Source of the DNA: Squalus acanthias
Lineage: Eukaryota
Reading direction: 5' to 3'
Assembly (NCBI GenBank): GCA_030390025.1
Contig: CM059432.1
Location: 80,850,001 to 80,914,000 of the forward strand
DNA: 64,000 nucleotides
The notes beneath the pieces are model-generated. The model saw nothing but the letters and a program-made list of their open reading frames with translations, did not search any database and was not told the DNA's origin. Shown piece after piece: positions 1-9,881 of this stretch. The stretch's first letter is position 1. Each line of letters opens with the position of its first letter. The position numbers were made by a program, and so were the translations under genes.

Positions 1-7
1 ACCTTAC

Positions 8-170
8 CATTGCTGTCCACAACGGGGTCGGCGTCTCCAGTGGCGACGGGACCGATCACCCGGCTTGCCACAATCCTGTGGACGCGCTCCTCCAGATCGC
101 TGAGGGGTTGCAGCTGAAGCCGCCCTCCACCCGTCCGTTGCTGCTGTCTCCGATTATGAGCCAGCTTAGC
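8..170 (-). CDS. Harbinger Myb/SANT-like protein, coding exon 2
   Basis: Acceptor TTTTTCTTGCAG, in-frame AKLAHNRRQQQRTGGGRLQLQPLSDLEERVHRIV..., phase-1 donor GTAAGG at 7. Parallels the exon at 30699-30858. Confidence 0.8.
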
Positions 171-204
171 CTGCAAGAAAAAGGACAGCATCTGAGTAAA
201 TATA

Positions 205-368
205 CAGCCATGGTCTTGCCTGATGTGCCTCCCATAGGTGAATAGCCCTTACTGTATGCAGCCATGGTCTTGCCTGATGTGCCTCCCATAGGTGAATAGC
301 CCTTACTGTATGCAGCCATGGTCTTGCCTGATGTGCCTCCCATAGGTGAATAGCCCTTACTGTATGCA
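205..368. repeat. 54-bp tandem repeat, 3 identical copies, inside Myb intron 1
   Basis: Unit CAGCCATGGTCTTGCCTGATGTGCCTCCCATAGGTGAATAGCCCTTACTGTATG repeated three times. Confidence 0.95.
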
Positions 369-508
369 AAGTGTGGAATGTGTGTGTGTGTTTGATGAAA
401 GGGCCATAGGTGTTGGATGAGTGTTGTGCATTGGGGTTTTAAGACCCTCTGGCCATAGAGTGAGGTTGAGATGGAGGGATGGAGAGGTATTGAGAAAAAG
501 CCACTCAC

Positions 509-745
509 CCTGACGACCCGAGTGAGGTCGTTGAACTTTTTGCGGCATTGAACATGGGTCCTGGGCACCATGCTCCTGGAGGAGACGCTCTGAGCCACCT
601 CCCTCCACACTCTTCTGAACTCGCGTGGCAAAGGCCTCCTGCCACTCTCAGGGAACAGCATGCATCGTCTGCGCTCCACTGCGCCAACCAGAGCATCCAA
701 GGCCCGCTCGGTGAAGCGATGAGCGCGTTCTCTCACCCTCTCCAT
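509..745 (-). CDS. Harbinger Myb/SANT-like DNA-binding protein, coding exon 1
   Basis: ATG at 745, 79 open codons MERVRERAHRFTERALDALV...WREVA...RTHVQCRKKFNDLTRVVR (trihelix/Myb-like pattern). Phase-0 donor GTGAGT at 508. Confidence 0.85.
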
Positions 746-1097
746 GCTTGGCAGCAAAATGGATTACAGGTCTCTCCAGGCTGAGATTCAAGGCTGCAAT
801 GAGCAGGGTGTGGCTGGGGAGCAAGTGGCCCCCCCCGCTTTAAGAAGTGTCCGGCGCCATTGTGTCTGTGTTCCCTCGCTAACTGGCAGCAGCTGCGCTC
901 GTGCGCTGAGTTAGCGCCTCACTCCTTGGCCTTTGCGCCTTAAGAGAGGTGTGCAGCGCCTAATTTAGCGCTCCACTCACCTCCCGGGTCGGTAAAAGTG
1001 AAGTTTCCTGTCAGTGCCGATAATTAGCGCCAGGCGCTAATATTTGCGTCCGGACGATATTTGCGCCCCAAATGGGGCGCGACCTAATTTCTACCCC

Positions 1098-2015
1098 CTT
1101 ATATCCAGGAATATTTAGTACCCAGTCATGCCCTTTTTTGAGCCATGTCTCCGTTATCACCATGACATCATATTCCCTTGTAGCTATTTGCGCCTACAGC
1201 TCACCAACCTTATTTACCACGCTTCGTGTGTTTACACACATGCACTGTAAACCTATCTCAGACCTTGTATTCTCTCTTAGTCTGACCCCACCTAATACCG
1301 TACTATTACTTTAGTGCTATCTGTCTCTCCCAATTCTTTGTGCACCTTGTTTCTCCTTTCTAGTGCTACATCCTGGTGCCCATCCCCCTGCCAAATTAGT
1401 TTAAACCCTCCCCAACAGTACTAGCAAACCCCCCACCCCGGCAAGGACATTGGTCCCAGCTCTGTTGAGGTGCACCCCGTCCGGCCTGTACAGGTCCCAC
1501 CTCCCCCAGAACTGGTCCCAATGTCCCAGGAATCTAAAACGCTCCCTCCTGCATCTTCTCTCCAGCCACGCATTCATTTGCTCTATCCTCCTATTTCTAT
1601 ACTCACCAGCTCGTGGCACTGGGAGTAATCCGGAGAATACTACCTTTGAGGTCCTGCTTTTTAATCTCTTTCCTAGCTCCCTAAAATCTGTCTGCAGGAC
1701 CTCATCCCTCTTTCTACCTACGTCGTTGATACCGATATGGAGCACGACCTTTGTCTGTTCACCCTCCCCCCATAGAATGTTCTGCAGCCGCTCAGTGACA
1801 CCCTTGACCCTGGCACCAGGGAGGCAACATACCATCCTGGAATCACGTCTGCGACCGCAGATGCACCGGACTGTTCCCCTAATTATTGAATCCCCTATCA
1901 CTATTGCTTTCCCGATCTTCCTCCTCCCCTCCTGTACAGCTGAGCCACCTGTGGTGCCGTGGACTTGGCTCTGGCTGTACTCCCCAGAGGAACCACCGCC
2001 CTCATTGGTACCGGA
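1098..2015 (-). mobile_element. CR1 LINE fragment: ORF1 SGNH esterase plus start of ORF2 endonuclease
   Basis: ORF 1401-1901 has GDSIIR, CLPGA, HIGIND and DGVHLN esterase motifs. Downstream reads ITETWL...LNIPGY (APE). Confidence 0.9.
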
Positions 2016-2639
2016 AATAGTATTTTTCTTTTTTTGTCTTTATTCATTCACGGGATGTGAGCTTCGCTGGCAAGGCCAGCATTTATTGTAAGGGCTGTTC
2101 ATGTGATTTGGAGTTCGGGTATATTATTGGGCTAATGAAGAGGAAGTTTTATCCCAAATCTACTCTGGCACACCTGACCTGATTGATTGTTGCTGACAAT
2201 GTGTGGAAAAAGTGGAAAAACAACCTCCATCACATTGATCAGTAAAAAATGACACTCTGTTGAATTGGTTGGGATTATCTAAAAATTTTCAACCTTTTAG
2301 TCCAAGACTTCTGATGATATTATCAATGTTCACTGAGCATGTGATGATAGGGGAATACTGCTCACCAGTTTTACTCAATCTAAGGCTCAGTTTTCTCTCT
2401 CATCTGTATGTTATTCTGCCTAGCCCATCCAACGGACTTTAGGGAGATTTTTCACTTGGGACCACCCAGTTGTGCAGCTAACAGGAAGTGGGACAGAGAT
2501 CCATTACACCAGATTACTGCCTGCCCCATTTTCACCATCATTTTCAGCAGCTCAGGGAAGTGACTGCTTCAAACAGGCAAGATCAAAATTTCACTATTCA
2601 TTAGATTGCAAGGACATGCACACCATTTCCTTTTGGATA

Positions 2640-2790
2640 AAACACCTTGAGACCAAGCTTTTGGTCATCTGCCCTAATTTCTCCTTATGTGGCTTGGTGT
2701 CAAATGTTATGTCTTATAATACTCCTGCGAAGTACCTTGGGACGTTTTACCACGTTAAAGGCACGAAATAAATACAAGTTGTTGTTGTTG
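2640..2790 (+). mobile_element. L2-type LINE 3' end
   Basis: Matches the reverse complement of the L2 tail at 8702-8840 and ends in (TTG)n. Confidence 0.65.
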
Positions 2791-3409
2791 AGATCCAGAT
2801 CTCATAAGCTCTGCTTTACAAAGAAGAATGCTTACAGACCATCAGCCATTTTATGCAGGTACTGGGGCTGTGTCAGACAGCGTCTTATCAATGGCCGATC
2901 AAGTGGTGAAATCCATTACCTGCATATGCTGTACCATGCTGGATGGCTTTGAAGTACTGCAGTCCGCCATTGTGTAACAGTTCCAGAGAAATCTGCAGCA
3001 GAGGGCCCCACAATAGTGGCCCTAAGAAAGAATTTGCATTTTAACTGTTGTTTTCTAGGGCAGTTGACGTGGCTGCCTGACTAAGGCGGGAGCCTCATAA
3101 ATACATGTAAATCAGGGTCCCATGATGTACATAGGACAATAAAGCTATTTTAACAGTCTATTGGGCAGACGCTTTGCTCAGGAAAACCTGGCGGGCAATA
3201 AGCAGATGCCTTTACAGGCAAGTGTAAAAGTTATTTTGTATGACCAGCAGGGGCAGGAAGGAAATTTTTGGCTGCTGCTGCCCCAAGCTCCCCCCTTCTC
3301 CATTCATGAAGCCATTCTGCACCCTATGCCCTCCCCCAACACAGATGATTTACCTGGGTGCTGGCCAGGTGGCCTGTGGGCTTCCTGATATTCACCAGCC
3401 AGACAGCAG

Positions 3410-6401
3410 TTTGTAACTAACCGCTATGAAACAAAATAATAAAAATGAAACCAGACGGACCACCCGCCATCGACCTCGGCATCGGCTACGGACACAGCAA
3501 TGGCACACCCAGCCCAGTCGACCCTGCAAAGTCCTCCTCACCAATATCTGGGGACTTAGGCCAAATTGGGAGAGCTGTCCCACAGACTAGTCAAGCAACA
3601 GCCTGACATAGTCATACACACAGAATCATACCTTTCAGCCAATGTCCCAAACTCCTCCATCACCATCCCTGGGTATGTCCTGTCCCACCCGCAGGACAGA
3701 CCCACCAAGGGTGGTGGCACAGTGGTATACAGTCGGGAAGGAGTGGCCCTGGGAGTTCTCAACATTGACTCCGGACCCCATGAAGTCTCATGGCATCAGG
3801 TCAAGCATGGGCAAGGAAACCTCCTGCTGATTACCACCTACCACCCTCCCTCAGCTGAAGAATCAGTACTCCTCCATGTTGAACACCACCTGGAAGAAGC
3901 ACTGAGAGTAGCAAGGGCACACAATGTACTCTGGGTGGGGGACTTCAATGTCCATCACAAAGATTGGCTCGGTAGCACGACTACTGACCGAGCTGGCTGG
4001 GTCCTGAAGGATATAACTGCCAGTCTGGGCCTGCGACAGGTGGTGAGAGAACCAACATGAGGGAAAAACCTACTTGACCTCGTCCTCACCAATCTACCTG
4101 TCGCAGATGCATCTGTCCATGACGGTATTGGTAGCAGTGACCACCGCACACTCATTGTGGAGACAAAGTCCCGTCTTCACACTGAGGACACCCTCTATCG
4201 TGTTGTGTGGCACTACCACCGTGCTAAATGGGATAGATTCAGAACAGATCTAGCAGCTCAAAACTGGGCATCCATGAGGCGCTGTGGGCCATCAGCAGCA
4301 GCAGAATTTATTCCACCACAATCTGTAACCTCATGGCCCGGCATATCCCTCACTCTACCATTACCACCAAGCCAGGGGACCAACCCTGGTTCAATGAGGA
4401 GTGTAGAAGAGCATGCAGGAGCAGCACCAGGCGTACCTAAAAATGAAGCGTGAACCTGGGGAAGCTGCAACACAGGACTACATGCATGCTAAAAAGCAGA
4501 AGCAGCATGCTATAGACAGGGCTAAGCGATCCCACAATCAACGGATCAGATCAAAGCTCTGCAGTCCTGCCACATCCAGTCGTGAATGGTGGTGGACCAT
4601 TAAGCAACTAACGGGAGGAGGAGGCTCATGAATATCCCCATCCTCAATGACAGTGGAGCCCAGCACGTGAGTGCAAATGACAAGGCTGAAGCGTTTGCAA
4701 CCAGCTTCAGCCAGAAGTGCCGAGTGGATGATCCATATTGGCCTCCTCCTGAGGTCCCCACCATCACAGAAGCCAGTCTTCAGCCAATTCGATTCACTCC
4801 ACGTGATATCAAGAAATGGCTGAACGCACTGGATACAGCAAAGGCTATGGGCCCCGACAACATCCCGGCTATCGTGCTGAAGACTTGTGCTCCAGAACTA
4901 GCCGCCCCTCTAGCCAAGCTGTTCCAGTACAGCTACAACACTGGCATCTATCCGACAATGTGGAAAACTGCCCAGGTATGTCCTGTCCACAAAAAGCAGG
5001 ACAAATCCATTCTGGCTAATTACTGCCCCATCAGTCTACTCTCAATCATCAGCAAAGTGATGGAAGGTGTCGGCGACAGTGCTATCAAGCAGCACTTACT
5101 CACCAATAACCTGCTCACTGATGCTCAGTTTGGGTTCCACCAAGACCACTCGGCTGCCGACCTCATTACAGCCTTGGTCCAAACATGGACAATGGAGCTG
5201 AATCCAGAGGTGAGGTGAGAGTGACTGCCCTTGACATCAAGGCAGCATTTGACCGAGTGTGGCATGAAGGAGCCCTAGTAAAACTGACGTCAATGGGAAT
5301 CGGGGGGAAAACTCTCTACTGGCTGGAGTCATACCTAGCACAAAGGAAGGTGGTTATGGTGGTTGAAGGTCAATCATCACAGCCCCAGGACATCGCTGCA
5401 GGAGTTCCTCAGGGCAGTGTCCTAGGCCCAACCATCTTCAGCTGCTTCATCAATGACCTTCCCTCCAACATAAGGTCAGAACTGGGGATGTTCACTGATG
5501 AGTGCACAGTGTTTAGTGCCGTTCACAACTCCTCAGATAATGAAGCAGTCCATGCACGCATGCAACAAGACCTGGACGACGTTCAGGCTTGGGCTGATAA
5601 GTGGCAGGTAACATTCGCGCCACAGAAGTGCCAGGCAATGACTATCTCCAACAAGCGAGAGTCTAAACACCGCCCCTTGACATTCAATGGCATTACCATC
5701 ACTGAATCCCCCACTGTCAACATCCTGGGGGTCACCATTGACCAAAAACTTAACTGGACCAGCCACATAAATACTGTAGCAACAAGAGCAGGTCAGAGGC
5801 TAGGTATTCTGTGGCGAGTATCTCACCTCCTGACTCCCCAAAGCCTTTCTACCATCTACAAGACACAAGTAAGGAGTGTGATTGAATACTCTCCACTTGC
5901 CTGGATGAGTGCAGCTCCAACAACAGTCAAGAAGCTCGACACCATCTAGGACAAAGCAGCCCGCTTGATTGGCACCTCCTCTACCACCTTAAACATCCAC
6001 TCCCTCCACCACCGGCGTACCGTGGCTGCAGTGTGTACCATCTATGAGATGCACTGCAGTAACTCGCCAAGGCTTCTTCGGCAGCACCTCCCAAACCCAT
6101 GACCTCTTCCACCTAGAAGGACAAGGGCAGCAGACGCATGGGAACACCACCACCTCCAAGTTCCTCTCCAAGTCACACATCATCCTGACTTAGAAGTATA
6201 TCGCCGATCCTTCATCGTCGCTGGGTCAATATCCTGGAGCTCCCTACCTAACAGCACTGTGGGAGTACCTTCACCACACGGACTGCAGCGGTCCAAGAAG
6301 GCGGCTCACCACCACCTTCTCAAGGGCAATTAGGGATGGGCAATAAATGCTGGCCTTGCCAGTGACGCCCACATCCCATTAAAAAAAACGAATAAAAAAA
6401 A
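3410..6401 (+). mobile_element. Single-ORF APE-RT LINE (CR1-group), copy 1, slightly 5'-truncated, frameshifted
   Basis: APE motifs (NIWGL, TESYL, GDFNVHH, SDH), RT motifs (GPDNIP, QFGF, LDIKAAFD, GVPQGSVLGP, FTDE), tail GGGCAATTAGGGATGGGCAATAAATGCTGGCC...AATAAAAAAA. Confidence 0.95.
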
Positions 6402-6554
6402 TTAGCCTGGCGAGCTGTCTCTGGAGACCCATGTCAGGCTGGCTGCTCGCTGGAATCTATGTTAATGAGGCTCAGCTGTTAAAATGGACTGGGCCTCCTG
6501 GGCAGCTGGCCCGCACCTTCCAGCACCCAACTGCCAGGAGCTAAAATTACCCCC
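6402..6554. mobile_element. Right part of a Harbinger-like MITE split by the LINE (left part about 3040-3409)
   Basis: Ends in TAAAATTACCCC like 63521-63533. Left part resembles the MITE at 46750-46930. Confidence 0.5.
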
Positions 6555-7059
6555 TAGAGCTTATTTCCAGATATTGGGGTAGGATAAGAAGGAAGAGAAG
6601 CAGAATGTTGACATGACCCTGTAGCTGACATATACGCCCCTACTCCCCTATCTCTCAAGACTCTTTATGGCCTCTTTTCCCAAGTTCTGAAGAACCTCCT
6701 CCTCTTCGGGTATGTGAGGTTGGAGATTGGGGATCCACCACCTCTCCCAGAGATCTGACTCTGTTGTTATGGACTGGAAAAAGTGAGACTTCCCTTTGGT
6801 TACCATGACATGCATTAAAACCCAGGTGTCAGTATACAGCCCAGATTGGGTGTAATGACAGGTGTACACACCAAGCAATTACATTCCATTTGAGACTTTT
6901 TGTGGATGAATGCATTTCAGGCTGAATGAAAAATCACATCCAGCTGAAGGATGGGGGTGTAAAGGGTACTGAGCTGCCTACTGGGTATTGATGGTAAGAA
7001 ATTCAAGCACTTTAACATAGTGTGAGGAGTGGTCATTGAAAGTGGCAGACAAGCTTAGC

Positions 7060-7240
7060 GCTGTGCACCCTTGGAAGGTGCAGCTGGTTGTTCTTAACTT
7101 GCCTGACCTAGTACGGTAATTAAACTTCTTTCTGTACTGTATTACCATACACGGAGTGATTGTTATCACATTGAGTGCCCTAACCGCCTCCTTCACCTGT
7201 GCTTCTCTCCTTGTAGCCTTGTGCCATTCTGCTTTCAATA
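7060..7240 (-). pseudogene. Degenerate Harbinger Myb/SANT exon remnant
   Basis: IQYRKKFNYRTRSGK resembles VQCRKKFNDLTR. Confidence 0.5.
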
Positions 7241-7677
7241 AGTTTTACATGGTTAAATGGCTGTCCTACTTGCCACAATTAGTCATGAATAGACACCATT
7301 GTCTATTTTTAATTCTTCTCAATTTAAATTAAATCACAAAGTTCAAGCTGCCTTCTGTTACAGTGCCATCTTGGGGCTGTGATATACATACCCCTAGATA
7401 GCACATTAACAGAAGACAGCATCTGAACAATACAATGTAATTAGCCAGGAGGAATTAAACATAAACAATGGTACAGACTCATTACCATTCCTCTTACCCA
7501 CTCCATATCATTGATCCTCCTTCTTCAATCCTAGGTTTCTCATCCAACTCTCTCCTGTATTCTTATGCCTTTGGGTTCTCTCTTTCACCTGCTTAATATG
7601 CATTGGTTCTCATTCAATGCTTTTTGTGAATATTTTTACAATTTTGCTATAAAAAGCATAAGAAATCTTACTAAATT

Positions 7678-8570
7678 AAAAACAGAAAATACTGGAAACA
7701 CTCAGCAGGTCGGGCAGCATCTATGGAGAGAGGAAGGTAGAGTTAACGTTTCAGGTTGATGACCTTACATCAGAACCAGGGGTCCTGGTAACTGGTTATT
7801 GACCTGAAATGTTAACCCTAGCTTCCTTCCTCCACAGATGTCTGCTGACTGTTGCCACCATTTTCTGCTTTTATTTCAGAAGTTCTAGCACCTGCAGTAT
7901 TCTCATTTTTAGCAAATTGTACTATTATTCTTATATCATCAATAACACAGTGGCCTGGATTTTGCGTTGAGAATAATGGTGAGGCTAACAGCGCTCTCAC
8001 CACCTCTCAGAACTGTGATAGGGTCCCCCAAATCCTCACCTTCCACTCCACCAGCCTCTGCATTTAACAGATCATCTTCTGCCATTTCCTCTACCTCCAA
8101 CATGTTCCTATCACCAAACATATCTTTCCCTCCCCTCCCCTTTCAGCATTCTGAAGGAACCATTCACTCTGTGACACCCTGGTTCATTCTTCCATCACCC
8201 CTACCATCTGCTCTCCTTCCCCTGCCATCTTTCCATACAAGCACAGTAGATGCAACACCTGCCTATTCACCACTTCGCACACCACCACCCAGTGCCCCAA
8301 ACACTCCTTCCGAGTAAGGTAGCGATTTGCTTGTACTTCCTCCAACCTAGTATGCTGTATTTGCTGCTCACAATGTGCTCTCCTCTACATCAAGAAGACC
8401 AAATGTAGATTAGGTGATTGTTTTGCTGAATACCTCTATGCTGTCTGCAAGTTCAACCATGAGCTCCCTTTCGCTTGCCAATTTAATTCTCTGTCTCACT
8501 CCCACTCTGACCTCGCTATCCTTGGCCTTTTTCACTGATCTAGTGAAACTCAATGCAAGCTCTTGAGCAG
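7678..8570 (+). mobile_element. Penelope-like element: fold-back terminal repeats plus degenerate GIY-YIG region
   Basis: 7678-7764 is an inverted copy of 7794-7872. 7980-8570 aligns by eye with 16090-16680 (CNTC, LVCCICCSQC...LYI). Confidence 0.8.
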
Positions 8571-8577
8571 GCTAGTT

Positions 8578-9240
8578 ATCCCTGGTGTCCTGGACCAACA
8601 CTTATCCCTCAATCAACACTACTAAAGCAGATTATCTGGTCATTATCACATTGCTGTTTGTGTGAGCTTGCAGTGCATTTTTTACATTACAACAATGACT
8701 ATAACAACAAATTGTATTTATATAGCGCCTTTAATGTTGTAAAATGTCCCAAGGCGTTTCACAGGAGCGTTATCAAACAAAATTTGATGCCAAGACACAT
8801 AAGGAGATATTAGGGCAGATGATCAAAAGCTTGGTCAAAGAGGTATGTTTTAAGGAGCATTTAAAGGAGGAAAAAGAGATAGAGAGGGGGAGAGGTTTAG
8901 GGAGGGAATTCCAGAACTTAGGGCCTTTGCAGCTGAAGGCATGACTGCCAATGGTGGAGCGATTATAATCAGGGATGCTCAAGAGGGCAGAATTAGAGGA
9001 GTGCAGATATCTCGGAGGGTTGTAGGGCTGGAGGAGATTACAGAGATAGGGAAGGGTGAGGCCATGGAGGGATTTGAAAACAAGGATGAGAATTTTAAAA
9101 TCGAGGCATTGCTTAACCGGGAGCCAATGTAGATCAGCGAGCCCAGGTACAATTTAAAAAGTAATTAATTGACTGTGATTGCTTTGGGACATCCTGAGGT
9201 TGTCAAAGGCGCTATATAAATGCAAGTCTTTCTTTCTTTA
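8578..9240 (+). mobile_element. Deu-domain SINE (SacSINE1/AmnSINE1-like) interrupted by an L2 fragment
   Basis: CAGATTATCTGGTCATTATCACATTGCTGTTTGTG core and GGCGCTATATAAATGCAAGTCTTTCTTTC tail, recognised from memory of the family. Confidence 0.65.
8702..9150 (-). mobile_element. L2 LINE 3' fragment
   Basis: Minus ORF GSHAFSCKGPKFWNSLPKPL...SFKCSLKHTSL is a typical L2 ORF2 C-terminus; (TTG)n tail. Confidence 0.8.
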
Positions 9241-9689
9241 GGAACTTTGCAGCCATCTGGCCGTAATATTAACTTGAACAACCACCGCTCCCAATTTCTC
9301 TCTGACAATAGTTAACGATAACGTAGCGTGAGTTTACCAGCACTTCCGGGGATGGGGGAAGAGTGCAAGTTGGTGCTTTAGATGGGGATCCATCATCAGT
9401 GCACAGCCGGAGGGTTGGTTTGCATGCCTGGCGTCAACCTGCCATTTTCTTCCACCAGATGCCTGGGCCACTGGAACCTACTCCACTTGTCAAACCTATC
9501 AACCTGCTTTAACTATTCGCACAATCCTTGGTCTAGTATGGTCTTTTATTTCTCTAATTTCTCACATCATGCCTCCATTAATCCTAGGCTATTAGCACTT
9601 ATATCATTCAACCATCTCCAGTATGCCACTTAATCACTCTACAAATCATTCATTTTCTTTCCCTCTGTTCCTTCATATAAACGATTCAT

Positions 9690-9830
9690 CTGTAATATCT
9701 TCCAGTTCTGACAAAAGGCTATGTCTGAAATGTTAAAATTATTCCATTCTTTACAGATGCCTTGCTGAGTATTTCAAGCATTTTTTGTTTTTGTTTCAGA
9801 TTTCCAGCATCTGCAGTATTTTCTTTTCTT
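9690..9830 (+). mobile_element. Penelope-like 3' terminal repeat remnant
   Basis: Similar to 16915-17060 (CCAGTTCTGACAAA...TTTCAGATTTCCAGCATCTGCAGTATTTT). Confidence 0.7.
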
Positions 9831-9881
9831 TTTCAGTAGAAAAATGTTGATTGGTTGATTTCAAATATTCAGCTAATTTAA

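Larger units (their letters stand above)
1..1097 (-). mobile_element. PIF/Harbinger DNA transposon, one end (runs off window start)
   Basis: Carries a spliced Myb/SANT-like gene. Ends in AATTTCTACCCC (1086-1097), the reverse complement of the GGGG.AGAAATT terminal repeat seen on other elements here. Subterminal TTAGCGCC repeats. Confidence 0.85.

Noticed and set aside
205..368. CRISPR-like array
   Set aside because: Head-to-tail identical units with no spacers; eukaryotic context with no cas genes.
56..757. 233-aa ORF with 18-aa repeats
   Set aside because: Reads through the donor at 508 into an intron; the peptide repeat is just the 54-bp intronic tandem repeat.
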